From an uncultured Candidatus Saccharibacteria bacterium (GTDB lineage: Bacteria; Patescibacteriota; Minisyncoccia; Phycocordibacterales; UBA918), in assembly GCA_964643955.1 (NCBI GenBank), contig CAZXUO010000003.1:19865-83864 (forward strand): a stretch of DNA of 64,000 nucleotides. The letters run 5' to 3'. The position numbers and the translations under genes were made by a program. Positions 60,118-64,000 of the stretch are shown piece after piece. Below the pieces are notes generated by a model. The model searched no databases. It was not told the DNA's origin and was given only the letters and a program-made list of their open reading frames with translations. The number at the start of each line of letters is the position of its first letter. Position 1 is the first letter of the stretch.

Positions 60118-60633
60118 TCACCGAAGCGGAACATTACGGAATGGTCCGCGGTCTCCGATTTGTCCGCGGCCGATCTCCTTGATACGGATTTGTGATCCGT
60201 CATCGGCGAGACCGAAGAAACGGACCGGGTCCTTACCGAGGAGGACGCGAACGGGGCCGTCGAGCGGAATCTGCGAGATCCCGGCGCAGCCATCGGATGC
60301 AATCCATCCGATGTACCAGGTCTCCCGTCGCAACTTCGCGTGTGGCTCGAGCACGACGTAGTCGCGCCACCCACCGAAGATCGGCATGTGGAAGATCGGG
60401 ATGATCCTCCAGTTGAATCGTGCGGCTGCTGTCGGAATGCCTTCGTAGTAGAGCATGCCGACCTCGCGAAGGAAGGACGCCTCACCCGCGAGCAACTTCT
60501 GGTTGTTCCAGAAGTGGGTCCGCTGCGGCGCTGGCTCAAACATGTAGAGGACATACATGATCGGCCATATGAGTGTATCCGCGATTTTCGCCCCTCGTCC
60601 GAGAGGCTGAATCACGAGCCGATTTTTGGCCAT
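60118..60633 (-). CDS. Orphan hypothetical protein
   Basis: GGAGG Shine-Dalgarno; hairpin at 60090-60113 with a T-tract on the minus strand. Confidence 0.6.
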   Translation of the reverse strand: MAKNRLVIQPLGRGAKIADTLIWPIMYVLYMFEPAPQRTHFWNNQKLLAGEASFLREVGMLYYEGIPTAAARFNWRIIPIFHMPIFGGWRDYVVLEPHAKLRRETWYIGWIASDGCAGISQIPLDGPVRVLLGKDPVRFFGLADDGSQIRIKEIGRGQIGDRGPFRNVPLR

Positions 60634-60766
60634 CGTCTCCTCCCGTTGAGGGTGTAGAGTCTATACTTATTATAGCATATTTATTTATAAAAGTCAATTG
60701 AGTGGTGTATTCATTTTTCTACATACTTCCGATAAAAAGCGCTGTAAAAAGGTATACTGAAACAAT

Positions 60767-61882
60767 ATGAAAAAGCTTCTTACGGTGAGCGCTGTAATCG
60801 CACTCATTCTTATCGTCTCTGTGCCGTTTACTATTGCTGCGTCTCCTGTCTTGCGAAGTGGTGAAGCAATCTCTATCACCGAATCACAAGAAGTGCTCGG
60901 AGATTTTTATGCTGCAGGTGGTACGGTCTCGATGTCAGGCGCTGTTGCGGGTGATCTCTATGCTGCAGGTGGTACTGTCGCGCTCGATGGCGAAGTTGCA
61001 GAAGATGTCGTCGTCTTTGGTGGTTCGGTACAGATTGCAGGCGCAGTGGGAGATGATGTGCGTGTCATAGGAGGCGAAGTGACGATTTCAGGAGAAGTTG
61101 AGGGAGACGTGCTCGTACTCGGTGGTATCGTCCGCATTCTTGAAACATCGCAGATACGTGGCGATGTACTTTTTCTTGGTGGAGAAGTGAGTATCGAGGG
61201 TACGGTGAATGGCTCGGTCACGGGTCGTGCTGAGGGTATTCGCATTGATGGTCCGGTGATGGGGGACGTGTCTATTACGAGTGCTCGCCCGCTCGAGCTT
61301 GGCGACCGTGCAAATATCGACGGCGATGTTGAGTATCGTAGTCTACAGGACGTCGTGCGCGCCCCCGGCTCGGTGGTTGCAGGTGACGTGACAAAGAAAG
61401 AGACGTCGGCAGCGATGGAGGCGTCTTCGTTTAGTATGCTTTCGCTCCTCATTCTTTTTTTCACGTCGCTCGTGTACCTCTTTTTGTTCAAGAAAAAGCT
61501 CGATCCATTTATGCGCGAGACGATGCACTCATTTGGCAAGCGTGGAGCTATTGGCCTCGCGACGATCGTCGCCGTACCGGTAGCAGTCGTGATCTTGATG
61601 ATTACCGTGATTGGTATGCCGATCGGTATCGCGCTCGCATCTGCGCTCACATTTCTCTCGGTCATCGCATGGTCGCTCGGCGGTATCTTTCTCGGTGTGG
61701 TCCTTGCGCGTCTGGTAGAAGGGCAGGCAACACTTACACTCAAGTGGACACTCGTCGGCACCCTCGTATTTGGACTGTTTTCGTACATACCATTTATCGG
61801 TGGACTTCTTATTGCCGTGGTGGTGCTGATCGTTTTGGGAAGCATGGTACGTACCATCTACATCCGTATTCGACGCGCATAG
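60767..61882 (+). CDS. Bactofilin-like beta-helix protein with C-terminal membrane domain
   Basis: Repeated GDxxxxGGxVxIxGxV; about 5 C-terminal TM. Confidence 0.82.
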   Translation: MKKLLTVSAVIALILIVSVPFTIAASPVLRSGEAISITESQEVLGDFYAAGGTVSMSGAVAGDLYAAGGTVALDGEVAEDVVVFGGSVQIAGAVGDDVRVIGGEVTISGEVEGDVLVLGGIVRILETSQIRGDVLFLGGEVSIEGTVNGSVTGRAEGIRIDGPVMGDVSITSARPLELGDRANIDGDVEYRSLQDVVRAPGSVVAGDVTKKETSAAMEASSFSMLSLLILFFTSLVYLFLFKKKLDPFMRETMHSFGKRGAIGLATIVAVPVAVVILMITVIGMPIGIALASALTFLSVIAWSLGGIFLGVVLARLVEGQATLTLKWTLVGTLVFGLFSYIPFIGGLLIAVVVLIVLGSMVRTIYIRIRRA

Positions 61883-61903
61883 GGGTTGTGCTAAAATCTT
61901 CGC

Positions 61904-62485
61904 ATGGCTAAAAACACGAAGAAGAAAAAAGTTGCGAAGAAGGTTACAAAAAAGGCGGTAAAGAAAACAGCAAAAAAGGCGGCGTCGAAGAAAAAGAGCG
62001 CCCCAAAAGCTCCTAAACAAAAGGTGGTCATGGGGATGATGGCGCCTGACTTCACGCTTCCAGGAAGCGACGGCAAGGATCATACACTTTCTGCGCAGAA
62101 CGCATGGACGTTGATATATTTTTATCCAAAGGACAATACGCCGGGCTGTACGGTTGAGGCGGAAGTATTTCGTGATACGCACGCGGATTTCAAGAAGCGC
62201 AAGATCGCTGTGTGGGGTATCAGTACTGATTCGATGCCAAGCCATATCAAGTTCCGCGACAAGTTTAATTTGCCGTTCGTACTCCTTTCGGATGTCGACA
62301 AAAAAGTCGTGCGCGCCTATGGTGTGTGGGGAAAGAAGAAGTTTATGGGACGTGAGTACCTCGGTACATTTAGACACTCATTTCTCGTGCGTCCCGACGG
62401 CGCCGTATTCCGTACATATACCGACGTAAAGCCTGCACTCCACGCACGTGAAGTGCTTGCTGATTTTGACGCACAAGCTAAATAG
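61904..62485 (+). CDS. bcp: BCP/PrxQ peroxiredoxin with a Lys/Ala-rich N-terminal tail
   Basis: YFYPKDNTPGCT; KKVAKKVTKKAVKKTAKKAA. Confidence 0.9.
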   Translation: MAKNTKKKKVAKKVTKKAVKKTAKKAASKKKSAPKAPKQKVVMGMMAPDFTLPGSDGKDHTLSAQNAWTLIYFYPKDNTPGCTVEAEVFRDTHADFKKRKIAVWGISTDSMPSHIKFRDKFNLPFVLLSDVDKKVVRAYGVWGKKKFMGREYLGTFRHSFLVRPDGAVFRTYTDVKPALHAREVLADFDAQAK

Positions 62486-62493
62486 TATTTTCG

Positions 62494-63162
62494 GTGAACG
62501 CTCGTAAGAAAAAAGAGCGCACGCTCCGCGTGCGGGCAATGAATCGTATTCTCAAACGGCTTTATCCGGAGGCGTTGATCGCGCTCAATTTCTCAAATCC
62601 TTGGGAGCTTATGGTCGCGGTGCAGCTCTCCGCGCAGTGTACTGATAAGCGAGTCAATCAGGTGACGGAGAAACTATTTAAAAAGTATCCGACACTTGAT
62701 GACTATGTGAAGGCGAAGCCACGGGAATTCGAGAAGGATATTTTCACGTGCGGCTTCTATAAAAACAAAACAAAAAATATCCTCGCTGCTGCAAAGATCG
62801 TCGCGCGAGATTTTGGTGGTGAAATCCCGCGGACAATGCCCGAGCTCCTCGCGCTTCCCGGAGTTGCACGAAAGACTGCCAATGTCGTGCTCTCAAACTT
62901 GTATGAGACGGCGGAGGGAATTGCGGTTGATACGCACGTAAGGCGCTTCGCAATACGGTTCGGTCTCTCTGACTTCACTGACCCCGTACGTATTGAGCGG
63001 GATTTGATGGAAATAATGCCAAAGAGTGAGTGGTGGATGTTCAATCATCGCCTTGTCCACTATGGGCGTGATATCTGTCCTGCGCGCATCCATGATTGTG
63101 AAGCGCATCCATTGACAAAAGTCTATCCCAAGGCTGCAATGCTGTGGCCGAAAGCGCACTAG
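62494..63162 (+). CDS. nth: Endonuclease III with a degenerate Fe-S motif
   Basis: LSAQCTDKRVN, LPGVARKTANVV, VDTHV. Confidence 0.93.
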   Translation: MNARKKKERTLRVRAMNRILKRLYPEALIALNFSNPWELMVAVQLSAQCTDKRVNQVTEKLFKKYPTLDDYVKAKPREFEKDIFTCGFYKNKTKNILAAAKIVARDFGGEIPRTMPELLALPGVARKTANVVLSNLYETAEGIAVDTHVRRFAIRFGLSDFTDPVRIERDLMEIMPKSEWWMFNHRLVHYGRDICPARIHDCEAHPLTKVYPKAAMLWPKAH

Positions 63163-63227
63163 GCGCCCTGTCCGTGCCAAAAACTCCCGGCGGTGGTATA
63201 GTGCAGCCACTTCTTATACGACACGTT

Positions 63228-64000
63228 ATGCGGGTACTTCTGGCTGTCATCGACGATCTCTACACCTTTGCCGTTTATATGCTTTTCGGTTGGTATGCTG
63301 ATCGCACACCGACACAGCCACTCTATTTACCGACGCCGCGCGTGCAAGTGCTCTCGACGACTGTTTCTCCACGTACGTTGCTCGAACAAAATCCTGAAGA
63401 GCCTGCCGTGCAGTTTGCGGATGCAGATGTCGTCATCACTGACGGATTGCCGAAGAAAAATACGATCGTGTATTGTGCGCGTGAATTTGTGCCGATGCGT
63501 ACGACGTCTGATGCTTCGCACGATACAGAGATCGCCACACTTTCGTACGGTGATATGCTCATGGTGCTTGATGCGGGAGAAGAGTGGTCGTATGTCGCAT
63601 TTGGAAATAAACAAGGCTACGTACCGACTGCAACGCTCGCACATACTGCTGCAGAGGTATATCCAGATTTTGAGATCGGTGTTGAATACGGCCCGCGCAA
63701 CGCAAGTACGGTCCGTCTCCGGTATGTGATTCGTGATGAGTTTTCTGCAAGTCTCAGCCAGCTTCCATTGCAGGCGCATGAGTATGCGTACTACAAACTT
63801 CTCCGAAGAAGTGTGCGGATTGCGTGGCCAGACATCCGTCCGCGTACGCCGGGTTCGTGGACACGAATTCTTTCGCTCTTGGACGGCGTTACGGTGGGGC
63901 ATGTGCCGACGGTGGGTGCGGTTATGGAGTTTACGCTCCACGATGGAAAGGCGCATCTCGCGTACGTTGAAAAGGTTTTCCCCGATCTCTCGATTCAGGT
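63228..64000 (+). CDS. Partial SH3b + CHAP-like domain protein (not in the ORF track)
   Basis: Open frame MRVLLAV...; LSYGDMLMVL..EEWSYV..GYVP; PTVGAV..AHLAYVEKV. Confidence 0.65.
   Translation, partial: MRVLLAVIDDLYTFAVYMLFGWYADRTPTQPLYLPTPRVQVLSTTVSPRTLLEQNPEEPAVQFADADVVITDGLPKKNTIVYCAREFVPMRTTSDASHDTEIATLSYGDMLMVLDAGEEWSYVAFGNKQGYVPTATLAHTAAEVYPDFEIGVEYGPRNASTVRLRYVIRDEFSASLSQLPLQAHEYAYYKLLRRSVRIAWPDIRPRTPGSWTRILSLLDGVTVGHVPTVGAVMEFTLHDGKAHLAYVEKVFPDLSIQ

Noticed and set aside
54235-62377. Long antisense ORFs (54235-55203, 60958-61857, 61529-62377)
   Set aside because: Mirror frames of well-supported plus-strand genes
1-64000. Genetic code 25 (TGA = Gly)
   Set aside because: RF2 is present and conserved genes such as the Fur regulator, YibE/F and the nucleotidyltransferase end cleanly at TGA

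Overview
This window looks like a small-genome Patescibacteria/CPR (Parcubacteria-like) chromosome. That is an inference from the pilin-head, peptidoglycan-binding and CTxEAKxCPDGS-type surface proteins, the truncated RF2 and TGA used as stop (code 11). Core genes include prfB, ftsEX, pyrG, typA, nth, bcp and three tRNAs. An accessory island starts at tRNA-Gln (about 10.1-20.2 kb). It has a repeat-bounded gene-cassette array carrying a membrane-anchored cytochrome b5 / heme-d1 beta-propeller (NirS-like) fusion and an S66 peptidase. It continues with a B12-salvage plus class II ribonucleotide reductase operon, a Cys-rich ArsR-nirK unit and a serine-recombinase remnant. Further on are an XRE-linked thioredoxin / CcdA-MsrA-MsrB operon, surface proteins, a Crp gene with a perfect CRP box and a Zur-like locus. 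There is also a cyclase-less RiPP-like cluster: a PqqD/RRE with a fused leader-like tail, an HPrK-like kinase, two GT2s, an ABC exporter and a nucleotidyltransferase. Many genes appear to be leaderless. All family calls come from motif recognition by eye; no searches were run.
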